A stretch of DNA of 55,873 nt, counting the filler, from Streblomastix strix (taxonomy: Eukaryota): assembly GCA_008636045.1 (NCBI GenBank). It is 3 parts of 3 records of this genome, joined end to end, with 100 filler letters (N's around TTAATTAATTAA, not from the genome) between each part and the next. Parts side by side here need not be neighbours in the genome. Positions count along the whole stretch, not along the records: positions 37,319 to 55,873 come from SNRW01000597.1; 2 more parts are not named here. One strand, written 5' to 3'. Below the pieces are notes generated by a model, which saw nothing but the letters and a program-made list of their open reading frames with translations, did not search any database and was not told the DNA's origin. Positions 55,748-55,873 of this stretch are shown here, piece by piece (position 1 is the first letter of the stretch; every line of letters begins with the position of its first letter). A program made the translations under genes and the position numbers.

Positions 55748-55873
<126 letters not shown>

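Overview
AT-rich eukaryotic (protist) DNA with GT-AG spliceosomal introns. It uses a reassigned code: TAA/TAG = Gln and only TGA is stop, so the supplied standard-code ORF track is mostly fragments or antisense noise. The code, the gene content and an expanded ARM-like orphan family suggest an oxymonad such as Streblomastix strix (inference). The window is three unrelated contigs of near-equal length (1-18560, 18661-37218, 37319-55873) joined by N/TTAATTAATTAA linkers. Contig 1: the 3' part of a very large 22-intron gene, a Rho-family GTPase, an ARM+MATH gene, an intronless bacterial-type L,D-transpeptidase (YkuD) gene, a chimeric pseudogene and a truncated papain-family protease. Contig 2: the 3' part of RPS2, a 2187-aa IQ/Sfi1-like protein, an RRM-RRP9 fusion, an Erf2-like DHHC palmitoyltransferase, a coiled-coil gene and a decayed Polinton-type DNA polymerase B. 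Contig 3 is a single inverted duplication with 9-kb arms (probably a fold-back amplification chimera) carrying a frameshifted Sola-like transposase and two ARM-like family genes. Top observations: (1) a predicted single-nucleotide exon (position 12845) supplying the middle base of the invariant switch-I Thr codon of the Rho GTPase; (2) a horizontally acquired, host-recoded L,D-transpeptidase; (3) mirror-symmetric G/C and A/T skew centred on the long introns of the first gene.
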